DNA of 64,000 nt, from NCBI GenBank assembly GCA_030390025.1, contig CM059432.1, positions 131,194,001 through 131,258,000 of the forward strand, written 5' to 3'. Every line of letters begins with the position of its first letter. The stretch's first letter is position 1. Positions 38,001 to 48,739 of this stretch are shown here, piece after piece. The notes below the pieces were generated by a model. It was not told the DNA's origin, did not search any database, and saw nothing but the letters and a program-made list of their open reading frames with translations. Origin of the DNA: Squalus acanthias. Taxonomy: Eukaryota. The position numbers and the translations under genes are program-made.

Positions 38001-41000
38001 CCAAACTCTTCAGGCCCAGATAAGTGCGGTGTGCCTCTACTGGGGGAGAGGGTGTACTCTGTATCAGGCAAAGAGAAGCTGTATTTATGTGGATTTCTCT
38101 ATAGTTTGGTTTGAAAATTCTTAAGCATGGTCATGGATTTCTGTGTATATCAAACACTTAGCTGACCAAAAAATAATAATATTTTGTGAATACTTAAAAG
38201 TCAGCAAAATTGAGCTGCTCGTAAATAATGACTTCTATTTCTATATTAGGAGACAGCTTTTATAAAGAAAGAACTGAATAATCTGGCAGCAACAAAATCA
38301 TGTTATAACATAGATTTCTGGTGAGTTTGATGGCTTTACGTGTGCTTTGTTCAAATCTTAGCCATATATGAAACAAATAAAGAAGTGTAAGCCCTGAGGT
38401 TAAAAGACTCCACTCCTAGCACAGAGGTCAGTGTAACCAATTTATAATGCTCCTGATTTTCCAACCATGTCAATTTCAGGGAGCTTCCCCATGGCTTAGT
38501 TATTAAAAGCACTGCTAGGTGCAGCACAAAGCCCATATAGAGCAAAAGATCCCAGATTAGATCCCTAGTCCATGCTGTATTAACTGATCTCAGTCAGGGC
38601 TGTAGTCGAATACTACAGTTGGCATTAGTACCCCTGAACTGGAAGGGGGAAGGCAGTTGGTGTTCCTGCTCCTGATTACTATTCAGTGACTCCTGCTGAA
38701 AATCATGTGTGCATGGATGTCAGATGAGAACAGGATTAGACTTGACCGATGTCCTCCACAGTTTAATAGTCTGGTGATCTGTACTGTTTTGGCTGATGTC
38801 TGAAGAATGGCCTTTTGGATGAAGTACTAGAGGGCAGCGTGTGCCTGTGCAACCACACCTGATTAACAGTTGGCATCTTTCAGGACAGGAGGGAAGGAAC
38901 TTCGGAGAAAATTAGGGAAAATAAATAAATAAACAATTAAAAATAGAAAAGACACATAAACTTTTGTAAGCTATTTGAACTATAAAAATGTTATATTTCA
39001 GTTTCAATTTTGTTTAGGTACCTTCATGGCTGGCTGGTAGTTGTTTTGCTTCTGGCTGTCATATTTACACATGTGGCAGATGTAATTTTACAATGGAACC
39101 ACATAATATCATGGCTTCATCTGCAGCTTGTAGCACTTACACTTCCTCCTTTGTGGCTTTGGAACCTGAAACACTTCAAGCCTTTCAAGTGAGCCATTTT
39201 TAGTATTCAAATAAGTGGTTGAAGACAGTAACATTTGCTTACATTTATTGATATTTTTTAAGAACTTTTGACTCAAAACTTAAACTATGTTTGGTTAGGC
39301 CTAAACAGGTCCCTTACAAAAAAATAGTAAAACTTTTTTTTTTATTCGTTCCTGGAACGTGGGCGTCGCTGGCAAGGCCAGCCCTAGTTGCCCTTGAAAA
39401 GGTGGTGGTGAACCGTCTTCTTGAACCGCTGTAGTCCTTGTGGTGAAGGTTCTCTCACAGTGCTGATAGGTAGGGAGTTCCAGGAATTTGATCCAGCGAC
39501 AATGAAGGAACGGCAATATATTTCCAAGTCAGGATGGTGTGTAACTTGGAGGGGAACTTGCAGGTGATGGTGTTCTCATGCACCTGCTGCCCTTGTCCTT
39601 CTAGTTGGTAGAGGTCACAGGTTTGGGAGGTGCTGCCGAAGAGGCCTTGGTGATTTTGCTGCAGTGCATCTTGTAGATGGTATACACTGCAGTCACGGTG
39701 CGCCAGTGGTGGAGGGAGTGAATGTTTAAGGTGGTGGATGGGATGCCAATCAAGCGGGCTGCTTTGTCCTGGATGATGTCGAGCTTCTTGAGTGTGGTTG
39801 GAGCTGCGCTCATCCAGGCAAGTGGACAGTATTCCATCACACTCCTTGTGCCTTGTAGATGGTGGAAAAACTTTGGGGAGTCAGGAAATGAGACACTTGC
39901 CGCAGAATACCCAGCCTCTGACCTGCTCTTGTTGCCACAGTATTTATGTGGCTGGTCCAGTTAAGTTTCTGGTCAATGGTGACCCCCCAGGATGTTGATG
40001 GTGGGGGATTTGGCGATGGTAATGCCATTGAATGTCAAGGGGAGGTGGTTAGACTCTCACATGTTGGAGATAGTCATTGCTTGGCACTTGTGTGGCACGA
40101 ATGTTACTCGCCACTTATCAGCCCAAGCATGAATGTCGTCCAGGTCTTGTTGCATGCGGGCATGGACTGCTTCATTATCTGAGGAGTTGCGAATGGAACT
40201 GAACACTGTGCAATCACCAGCGAACATCCCCACTTCTGACCTTATGATGGAGAGAAGGTCATTGATGAAGCAGCTGAAGATGGTTGGGCCTAGGACACTG
40301 CCCTGAGGAACTCCTGCAGCGATGTCCTGGGGCTGTGATGAATGACCTCCGACAGCCACAACCATCTTCCTTTGTGCTAGGTATGACTCCAGCCAGTGGC
40401 GAGTTATCCCCCTGATTCTCATTGACTTAAATTTTACTAGGGCTCCTTAATGCCGCACTCGGTCAAATACTGCCTTGATGTCAAGAGCAGTCATTCTCAC
40501 CTCACCTCTGGAACATTGGTACAGGTTGCTAATTAACATTAGCCCAGCGCTAAACGTACCATGCAAGACCATTTTTGTGGCGGTAGTCCCAGCAGGAGGC
40601 CCAAGGTAGCATGGGCGTAACGTCGTTGTAGCAAGAACAGCCTGCTCTGAAAGCGAGGCTGTCATTTCAGAAAGCAGCTGCGGTCGGTTAAAGGGGAACT
40701 GCCTTCTAACATGAAAAAAAAATTCTGTAAAAATAGGCTGTTTTTAGCTCTTACACCTCAACTGTCTTCTGAAAAAGAAATTAACATTAAAAAGAATTCC
40801 CAATGGAAGTTTTCAGCTCTTAAAGCTGAATTCCCTGCCGCACCTAAAAAAATGGAAAAAGTGCTTCAGCACTAACACAAATGGCTCAGCAAGCCAGGGA
40901 AGGGGCACCCTGGGTCTCGCACGCAGCATTCCAGCTTTGTGCAGGGGGTCAACACTGCAAGAGAGGTCCTCTACCCACAGGGACCAAGAGGACCTCCAGA

Positions 41001-44000
41001 AAGAACGATGTGGGACCACATCACCGAGGCCGTCACTGCCAGCAGCGTCGCCCCCACGACTTGGCTCCAGTGCACAATGAAGCTTCATGACCTTAGACCA
41101 GTGGTCAGGGTCAGTGAATGCATCTTCAAACATCTTCTCTTACCAACTGTACCACTAGCCTCACACACTTTTCAATGCATGACTGTCTCCCCCCACCCCC
41201 ACTCCCCCCACAATCACTCATCTACCCACAATCTGTACCAAACACGAGGCACACTTCCCATTCCTAGCTTCACCTCACCCCCTTCGAGGAGACGGTGCTG
41301 GCCATTCTTGGCAGGGGCATGGCTGAGCCCTTGGCAATTGGCGGGGCTGAAAGTATACAAGATGCTGGTATCCTCATACGTTATCCTACTTTTGGTATGC
41401 ACCTCTTGCTTTCCTGCCCTCCCCTCACCACAACTCCACCCTTGTGCCTTCCTCATTTCACACATCCAAGAAATGCAACCTGTCCAGCTAGTGGTTGACC
41501 AAGAAGCAGAGAGAGGAGAGTGAAGAAGAAGAAACACCATCACTCGATTTCACACACCCAACCACCAGCTCCTCAAAGTCGACCAGTAAGGCCATTTGCA
41601 GTGTCCCCCACTGAAAATCAGCAACCTTCCACCAGCCATGCTGCAGCCACTGGGGTAGCACTGCGTGACATCAGTAGGATAGGCAAAGGCACACACAAGA
41701 CAGTCACTAAGGGAATGCATAAGGGTGATGAGTTGATTTCTTGATGTCATAGTGGATGGATAGATGTATAAAGTTGGATTGGAAAGTTTGCTTTGGCGGC
41801 TTTTATTTCAGTATTGTGGCCAAGAGGACGCTGTGATGGTCAGTAACAGAGGGAAGGTAAGGTGTGGGACAAATGTTGAAAGGGGAATTGGGGTTGTGGT
41901 CACTGGTACCGCAGGCGGATGATTCCATACCGGATATCCCAGCCATAAAGGGGCTGTCTGGGTCCGAGGCATCCGAGAACGCCTCATCAGGCTATAATTC
42001 CAGTGAATGAATCCCCCCAGATCCCCGTTGTTCACCAAATCTCCATCAACCACACCCCCATCACACGATCCCTCTGTCATGGACCATTACAATGTCCTCC
42101 TGGGCACAAAGCTGAAATGAGAGCCACCACAAAAGATTCAAAACAAAATTATCAAATTTAACAACAATCAATTTACACATGCTATATCAACTAATCACCC
42201 TTGTGCAATCCCTTAGTGCCTGTCGTTTAGGTGCCCTTTCCTGATCTAGTACTCCTACCAAGTGCTCCCCCAGTGACTGCAGCATGGCTGGTGGAAGGCT
42301 ACTGAGTTTCCGTGGGGGAGACTTCAGATGGTCTTGCAGGATGACGTAGAAGGCCCAGCTGTAGACTGCACCACCTCGGCATGGGTGACAGCAGTCTGGG
42401 CTGGCTGGCTGACAGGCAGCGGTAAGGGCCATGGCAGAGTGGCAGTGGTGGGAACAGGAATGCTGTCATCCTGAGAGAGGACAGCAGGGTCCTGCACCAC
42501 TGACCCACTGCCACTCCCCCGGGGTGGCGCCTCCGCATTCCTAGCAATCTGTTGGAGCACAGATTGCTGGGCTGCCGTGACACCCTGCAAACTCCAGTCG
42601 ACAGTGGTAAACCCAGCCATGATGGCAGCAGTCTGAGCTTTGGTGGCAGCAAGCTGAGACTGCAGGACAGAGGTCTGCGTTTCCGCTGCAGCACTAAGAC
42701 GTTGGGTCGCTTCCGCCTGTGCTACAATGGCAGCCGTGACATCGGCCATCACACGCAGCATCATGTCTGGATTGACACGATCTCTCCGGGAGTTTTCCAT
42801 TATTTCCAGCCTGGAATTCATGGGCTCCAAGCTCTGCGCAAAGCCCCGGCCAATGTTGGAGGCGGACTTCTCCATGCTCCTTGACATTGCCAAGAGGCTC
42901 TCTGGCAGGCTTGCCATTGCACCTAGCAATTCAGTGTGCATGCCCATCACCCTTCTTCTGAAGGCTGCCCCATCAAGGTCCTCATCTGAGTCGTGTGCAG
43001 CAGAACTCGTACACAAACTCGCCCTCTGGGAGCTGGCCCCCAAGCTACCCATTCCCCCTGGCCTTGCTGCAGCCCACTCATGCCCAGTGCTTCACCCTCT
43101 AAAGTATGCACAGTGCCAGTTTCTGAGCTGGTGTCTGCGAATGCCAGATGCAGTGACGCTGTGTCTTCTCCCCCCTCACTGTCCTCCATTGCCTCGGGGA
43201 CAAGCTGGGCTTCTGCTGGTCTTGATTATCTGAAAGCAGAAAGGCACGAGTCGGGTTATGGTGAGGGGAGGGTGGGCGAGGAAAACAAGATATGCATGCA
43301 TACAACATCAGCAGCTTGTAAGTGAGAAGAGATTGTGGGATGAAGGGGAAGTGGGATGCGAGAAAAAGGATTAGGAATGAGCATACCATTGTTGTCTCCA
43401 AGAGCTTCAACCTCACCGGTTGCCACGGCTTCCATGACTTCCCATCCACTAATGTCCAGCACTCGCTCCTCCAGTTGGCTCAGGTCCTGTATGGCAGCCT
43501 GTCTGCCGCTGCTCCTGGCGATTATGTGCCACCTTGGCCTGCAAGAGAAAGGGAAGTGTGTGAGTGAGCGTGATGCAATGATGTGCCTGCCATAATTGAA
43601 TAGCTGTCAGTTTGTGCAAAGTGTGAGATGTGGGTATGAATATTGCAGCAGTGGTAAGGTTGTGAGAGTGAAGTGAAGCTATGATTGTGAGGTCTGAGTG
43701 GTGATAGGTAGAGATTGTTGGAAGGTGAGTGATGGGGGTGTGGTGCATTGAGTAGTGTGTGAGGCTCATGGTGGAGATGGGATATGGCATTTGCTGAAGC
43801 CTTCACTCCCCTTGACCTGCCGTGTGAGGTCATTAAACTTCTTGCGGCATTGTATGGAGGACCTAGGGACCACACTGGTTGCCGTCACATAATCGGCTAT
43901 CTCCCCCCCACAGCCTTCTAGGTGTATGGGCCAATGGCTTCCTGCCAGCTTACGGGAAGAGAACAGCCCGCCTCCTCTCCACCATCACCACCAGCGCCTC

Positions 44001-44796
44001 CAGAGCTGCATCCGAGAATCTTCTGGCTCTCTCCCTGTGCTGAGGCTCAGCCATCTCTTTGTAGTAGCGTCTGTTTCCATGTGCAGTTCCAACTGGAATG
44101 ACAATGAGGTACTGTAGCATCAATGCAGCTCCCCTTTTAAGTACTGAATAAAGCCTAGGCCAAACGTGACTGGGAATTAGACTGAACCTGATATTAGCCC
44201 ACCTGTTGAGTGGTAAGCCAATGAGCAGCGGTTTTAGCACTGAGATCAGCACTATAATCACGTTAATGAGGACTGAGCACGAATTTTGCATGCTACTTAG
44301 TCCAGTTTGACCTGGTGCAGCTTAATAGCGCAGGGCCATCACACCGCCCTTTTTCAGGCCATATCCAATTTCTAGGCCTATGAATGATGCAAATACACAG
44401 TCGGACTGACAACATTGGAAAATAGAAAAGACAGTTTGGGGTAGAAATTGGTATGCATTGTTTCCATTTTCCGGATGCAAGGCATACTAATTTAGCAGTG
44501 GGACTGCCTGCGCCCAATCTGTGCATGCGTTGGTCCCACTGCTAAATTCGTGGGCTCCTTTTTTTTAGACATCCTGAGCAGATGCCTAAAGCAGGTGTTA
44601 GGCTCCTTAAATATGTAAATTTGGGGCCTTGTGCATGTTGAAGAACCCCTTGGTGAAATTAGTCACCGCTGAGCAATATAAAAAAAATGTTCCTGTGGAG
44701 CCAGAGGAGTAGGAGTACTCTCCCAACTCTACAGGAGTACTGATAGTTGTTGGAGATTTTAAAAATGTCATTCAAAATTATTACTTTATCTTTCTG

Positions 44797-44836
<40 letters not shown>

Positions 44837-47800
44837 TTCGATCTTTCTTTCCCTCTCTTTATTTCTCCTTCTGTACCCGATTTGACATTGAATTCCCACT
44901 CTAATTTACACTTCCTTCTCAGTCCTTGCACTGTTAATTTCACAATTCTTCAATCTGATTGGTTAAGGAGTTGCTTGCCCAGTTCACTCAGGTCCCAGAT
45001 GCCCTGTTTCCCTCGCTACGACGTTATTAGCTTGCACGTTCAGCAATTTGTCTCTCACAAAATTTTAAAACCTAAACATGCAATGGCAGGCGCCGTTAGA
45101 TGCCCTGTTACAGCAAATTATGGGCCAATATGTGCTAGGCATACAAAGAGAAAGAGGGAGAAAGACAACAAAAAGTGAGAATGAATAGAATTAGAGTGTG
45201 AGACTAGTATCAGCAAAAAGAGTTAGTAAATTAATAGAATGAGCCCTAAATTCTGCACTGGGGCTGGTTGAATCTCTAACTGAGGGGAAGGTTCATAAAA
45301 TGGCGTGGAACCTGGTTCTGCTAGGATTCTGCTCTGGAATAGAGGCCGGGAAATTCTAGTGCTTTTATAAAACATTATTGCCTTGATATAACCGCTCAAG
45401 TCAAGTGATTTGTACCATTGTGATGCAAGACAGCCTGAAGTTGTATAGCCATTCTGTATTTTTTTGTATTTTGGTGAAGAATAAATGGGTAGTGGCCTCC
45501 TGAACAATTGAGAGAGTAGGTTGAGAATAAGATTGAAACTAATTTTAGTGTTTTAGGCTAAATTGTGCTTGGTTCATTACTACATCTTGTACAGAATATA
45601 TTTTACAACAACAATTTATAAGAATTCAGTTTATTTTAAAATCTTTATCCATACATGAACAAAATAAATTGCAAAAATTGTGCAAAAAATGTTAGTTGTG
45701 ATGCCCTGCAATTCAGTCTGTTAAGTAATTTTAGGAATGTTGCACATCTCTTCTCCCACAGGTTTATTGGACCATTTGTATCCATGATTGGCAACGTTAT
45801 GCCAATCATCTTTAAGTTCCTTTTCATCTATGCACAGTTCTTCATACCATATGGATTTGCCTACTACCTGATCTTTGGAGGTATGAAAAGTATCCAACCT
45901 GCTTAAATATTTAGTATTATCTTAGTAAATATTTCCATCCCATGTAATTTTAATAACACAATGTTGTATATGGCAGTAAGGGATCAGTTGACTATCAAAT
46001 GAACAGTTTATTGCAGAAGTAGGAAATGATAATTCTAGTGGTTATATGCAAAGACAAGGTTTGGCAATCTGTTGCATGTGATGTGTTTTTTTTTACTATA
46101 AAATATACTGATACAAGATATCTTGACAAATATTGCCATTTTTACATTGCGCCAGATATAAAGGGGGAGAAATTGGTTAGCGCCCGACTATGGGCACGGA
46201 GCATATGCTTGGACTGCAAAGCGTGCCCGAAAATGTCCATTCAAAGGATGGTCTGAAATTGGTCCTTGTGCCTCATTACTATGAAACCGGTGAGGTTCAG
46301 CCCAGGGCAAGATTAGCTGGCTCAGAAGCTGGCAGCGACCCTCACATAGATCCTGGGATGGGGAGGGAAGCGAATGCAAGTGGGGTCGGCAGCAATCTGT
46401 AGTATTGATGCGGAGGCAGGAGGAGAATTCCTGCTCCTCCTAGCTCCACATAAAGGTGAGAGAAGAAAAGTTTGCTTACCTTGTGTTTGGTGGACTCCAG
46501 CGGTCACTTTAAGGACTGTTGGTTAGGTCACTGGATCTTGAATAACTAGTCGGAGTTTGCGTAGTTTTTGACCAATTTCAGAGTGGTGCCCTTAAACAGG
46601 CGTTTGCCCCATCATTAGTATATGCTAGGGTCTTAATGCCTGTTTAAGGCAGACGTCAGTGGTGCTTGAATATCACCCGAGCCAATGTGGCATCAGACGT
46701 ACTTCAGGCAGCATTTCCCACAGGCATTGTGTTGCTAAATTGATCATTTTTGCTCCCGTTTCACACCCAAGAAATGGGCAAAATGGGTCCGATTTCTCCC
46801 CATATATATCAAAAATCTAAATTTTGTATGGAAAAGAGGCATGTTCTCAGGCTCCCTAAAAACAAATCCTGTGCCTAAAAAATTTGTATTCCCCTTTAGA
46901 ATTTCATGTACTTATTTTTACAAGTGAAGAAATGTGTATACTTACAAGCTGGTGTCTCTGCATTTTCAATGTACTTGTTTTCACATGCTCTATTCTGTTT
47001 TTGAGTTGTCAGCTTTTTGGGGGCTATGCCAGCTTTTTTGAAGCTATTAATCAGTTTTTGCTAATTTTCTAGGTTGGCATTTATTATTCTGGGGTATAAT
47101 TTCTTCAGAGGAAAAAGGTCATTTGGTCGAACACATCGGGGGTGATTTTGCCGATGGGGGCGCGTTGGAGGCGGGACTGCTGCTTGGCGGGTCGATGTCC
47201 CACCTCCATCGATTTGTGGCCAACCCACGCTATTTTCCCTTGATTGACCTTGTTAAGCCCGCTCAGCGGGCTTAGCAGGCCAATTAAGGGAAAGCCGGTT
47301 ACAGAGAACGTCAACGTATGACGTTTCATCTGTCAAAAATTTTTGACAGATGAATTGTCATCGTTTGACAGCTTTGTGAAGCTGTCAAACACTGACATTC
47401 TCTGTAGTTTGATGAGTTCTTGAATTCAAGACCTCATCAAACCTCTTTCTTTTGCAGAAATTAGATGGTTGTTGCACTGGAGAATGCAACGGCCATCTGT
47501 CATCTCTGCCGCGGAGGTGCGAGACTCTCCGCATACCCAGCGATTGAAGCCTGCAGGAAGAAACAAAGGTAAGTACACTTTTTCTAACACTTTCCACTTA
47601 CCTCAGATACTCACATCTCCACACTTGCACCCATCACTTACCTTCACAGCACACTTTTGGACCCCTCCGACCCCCGCAGACCCACTATTCGCCTCGGTGA
47701 CCCTGGCGGGGTTCGGAGCCTTCTGGAAGCCCACACTTTTGTGAGTAAAATGGGGATAATCCTCTTATCTGCCTGTTAACTACCTGTTAACAGGCAGATA

Positions 47801-48579
47801 AGTGGCACTAATCCCCTTCCCGCCTCCAAGGAGATGGGACCAAGCGCGGAACGGCTACCCGCCTCCTGGCAAGATGGTATGGAGGTGGGTTGGGGGCGGG
47901 TTGGGCACCCGCCCCCAAGTTCTGCCATTTTCCCGGCAGTCCCGCCTCCCCCCCAGGGCTGGCAAGATCGCGCCCATCCTTTCCTTATCCTAGATTCTAC
48001 ATCACTGATTTTATCACTGGGAGAAAGTTCTGAAATATTTCTTCCTGGCCCCACAGTATAGCTGAACCAGACTTTACAATATCTATCTATACCTACAGCT
48101 CATCATTCAAATCTGGTCAACTACCATCCACAGGTGACACTCTCATAGTCCTAGTAGTACAACAACCACTCTATTATAAGCACATTTGATCATCTCTGTC
48201 TATAATTATCTCTTAACCACCAATTGCATTTCCAATCTAAATTTCAGTTTGTTTCTGAAATAACCAATGCTGTATTAACTGCTTTCACTGGGTTCCATTC
48301 CTGGATTTAAATACAGTTTATACTATTGTTATGAAGAATCCTAATTTTGTTCTGTTTTTTCTGTTACTTTGAAGGCATCAGTGAACTGCCTGAATTCAAT
48401 ACCCTGTCGAGCTGTCTATTCACTATGTTTCGTATTAGTGTTATCGACAATTACAATTACAACGCAATGCATGAGCATGATGCACCTATGACATATATAC
48501 TTGTAGGATCATTCATTGGATTAGAAGCAATTCTAGCTGTAAACCTCCTTATAGCCATGCTAAATCATGCTTTTAGAGG
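11030..48579 (+). CDS. Multi-exon TRP-superfamily cation channel gene, partial (pre-S1 to S6); exons 11030-11055, 17500-17591, 20672-20780, 32350-32520, 38250-38320, 39018-39188, 45762-45880, 48375-48579
   Basis: All exons are flanked by AG/GT and intron phases match (0,2,0,0,2,2,1). The 964 spliced nt read without a stop: [39 protein letters not shown]...DWWRIAL...CHPCWQAE...[15 protein letters not shown]...[14 protein letters not shown]...[17 protein letters not shown] (pre-S1), GPF..MI (S4-S5 linker) and NLLIAM (S6) are TRP hallmarks. Confidence 0.9.
11975..14108 (+). mobile_element. 5'-truncated CR1 ORF2, same subfamily as 3124-7446
   Basis: Colinear with 5285-7440; RT motifs; tail ttatgactct. 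Confidence 0.93.
14111..14837. mobile_element. GC-rich Harbinger-type MITE inserted in a CR1 tail repeat
   Basis: TIR ggggaaaaattcggttg; inverted homologue of 51875-52593; tgactcta units on both sides. Confidence 0.85.
15030..17212 (+). mobile_element. CR1 3' fragment (15030-15931 and 17082-17212) split by an antisense CR1
   Basis: accaaaggtat|taagggatatggg is continuous across the insertion; (ctatgttc)n tail. Confidence 0.88.
15932..17081 (-). mobile_element. 5'-truncated CR1 with an uninterrupted RT C-terminal ORF
   Basis: ORF 16013..17146 QGSVLGP, KFADD; GTAT on both flanks. Confidence 0.92.
17500..17591 (+). CDS. TRP-like channel exon, pre-S1 ([30 protein letters not shown])
   Basis: tttttaatag / gtaagt; resembles the TRPA-type ELLxHP...KWxxYG helix. 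Confidence 0.88.
17705..18130 (+). mobile_element. Old CR1 3' end
   Basis: [11 protein letters not shown]...LWNKLP-like frame followed by a 3' UTR. Confidence 0.6.
18670..18810 (+). mobile_element. L2 LINE fragment
   Basis: [20 protein letters not shown]. Confidence 0.7.
19053..19207. mobile_element. Small palindromic MITE
   Basis: aggtagaatttcc...ggaaattctgcct ends with further inverted symmetry inside. Confidence 0.7.
20672..20780 (+). CDS. TRP-like channel exon, S1 ([36 protein letters not shown])
   Basis: ttttcag / gtaaaa; phase 2 in, phase 0 out; hydrophobic helix. Confidence 0.85.
21144..21615. mobile_element. One-ended fragment of the 54197-58314 Harbinger family
   Basis: Reverse-complement similarity to 57855-58314 and 31660-32094. 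Confidence 0.85.
22895..24985 (+). mobile_element. Degraded CR1 ORF2 fragment interrupted by a solo LTR
   Basis: [20 protein letters not shown] and KFADD; CR1 tail. Confidence 0.85.
23414..23974 (-). mobile_element. Solo LTR (561 bp)
   Basis: TG...CA termini; 4-bp TSD CTGG (23410-13, 23975-78); TATAAA (~23575) then AATAAA (~23468) on the minus strand. Confidence 0.85.
24990..25870 (+). mobile_element. RTE-clade LINE fragment
   Basis: [19 protein letters not shown]...FTSLGS...KACSTFGRL, then [10 protein letters not shown] and LRWAGH-like frames. Confidence 0.8.
26125..27645 (-). mobile_element. LINE family B, RT to 3' tail
   Basis: [24 protein letters not shown]-rich tail at 26125. Confidence 0.9.
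27648..29632 (+). mobile_element. LINE family B 5' portion: tRNA-like head, APE endonuclease and RT N-terminus
   Basis: A box tagcatagtgg (27658-68), B box gagttcaaatccc (27700-12), then NIWGL...[39 protein letters not shown]. Confidence 0.85.
29862..29959 (+). mobile_element. 98-bp Penelope-pLTR-like insertion with a degenerate hammerhead core
   Basis: tCTGATGA...GAAACGT; 15-bp TSD tttagaagttggagt (29847-61, 29960-74). Confidence 0.75.
30830..31055 (+). mobile_element. Deu-SINE 3' fragment
   Basis: Reverse-complement homologue of 10530-10745. Confidence 0.75.
31365..32094. mobile_element. Harbinger MITE, internal-deletion derivative of the 54197-58314 family
   Basis: TIRs gggggaaaaattaggttg / caactgaatttttacccc; TSD ATA; sits in a decayed CR1 fragment. 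Confidence 0.9.
32350..32520 (+). CDS. TRP-like channel exon, S2 and start of a long S2-S3 loop ([26 protein letters not shown]...CHPCWQA)
   Basis: ttttag / gtaaaa; 171 nt open, phase 0/0. Confidence 0.85.
32670..32842 (+). mobile_element. Short CR1 ORF2 3' fragment abutting a full-length CR1
   Basis: [15 protein letters not shown]...RRNFFTQ. Confidence 0.8.
32845..37160 (+). mobile_element. Near full-length CR1 LINE, second subfamily, degraded
   Basis: ORF1 [14 protein letters not shown]...[11 protein letters not shown] (33139-34090); ORF2 APE-RT fragments (34270-37078); tail tcttatgttcttat. Confidence 0.93.
37408..37724 (-). mobile_element. HE1-like V-SINE
   Basis: tRNA-like head ggcatagtggttagcac...ggttcgaat, V-core tgtggagtttgcacattctccccgtg, CR1-type tail. 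Confidence 0.88.
38250..38320 (+). CDS. TRP-like channel exon, end of S2-S3 loop ([23 protein letters not shown])
   Basis: ctatattag / gtgagt; phase 0/2 bridges the flanking exons. Confidence 0.8.
39018..39188 (+). CDS. TRP-like channel exon, S3-S4 ([22 protein letters not shown]...[12 protein letters not shown])
   Basis: ttttgtttag / gtgagc; overlaps ORF 39010..39192. Confidence 0.88.
39334..40510 (-). mobile_element. LINE family B, 5'-truncated
   Basis: [10 protein letters not shown]; same tail as the copies at 1016 and 26125. Confidence 0.9.
40520..44378. mobile_element. Composite Harbinger derivative with two convergent Myb/SANT genes and only transposase 3' tips
   Basis: Myb-like exon on + at 40880-41110, three-exon Myb-like gene on - at ~42230-44066, transposase C-termini at 41900-41922 (-) and 41951-42006 (+). 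Confidence 0.72.
44438..45128. mobile_element. Probable Harbinger-type MITE containing (TC)n
   Basis: ggggtagaaattg start and caaattatgggcc end; weak TIR match. Confidence 0.45.
45762..45880 (+). CDS. TRP-like channel exon, S4-S5 linker and S5 ([39 protein letters not shown])
   Basis: ttctcccacag / gtatga; overlaps ORF 45655..45906. Confidence 0.9.
46163..46801. mobile_element. Harbinger-type MITE
   Basis: gggggagaaattgg / ccgatttctcccc TIRs. Confidence 0.7.
47138..47975. mobile_element. Harbinger-type MITE
   Basis: gggggtgattttgcc / ggcaagatcgcgccc; TSD ATC. Confidence 0.8.
48375..48579 (+). CDS. TRP-like channel exon, pore helix, filter and S6 ([22 protein letters not shown]...[12 protein letters not shown])
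   Basis: tttgaag / gtaagt; NLLIAM S6 motif; overlaps ORF 48347..48583. Confidence 0.92.
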
Positions 48580-48739
48580 GTAAGTTGCATTAACCTTTCA
48601 ACTCACTTGCAAGAGAATGAATAATAGAGTGTATAATTATTATTATTCCTTATTTATTTGACATCTGCTTAAAAGTTGGGGAAAAAAATTACCTGAGACA
48701 TTGTCCTTCAAAGAGAATTTATATCATGGTGATTCTACC

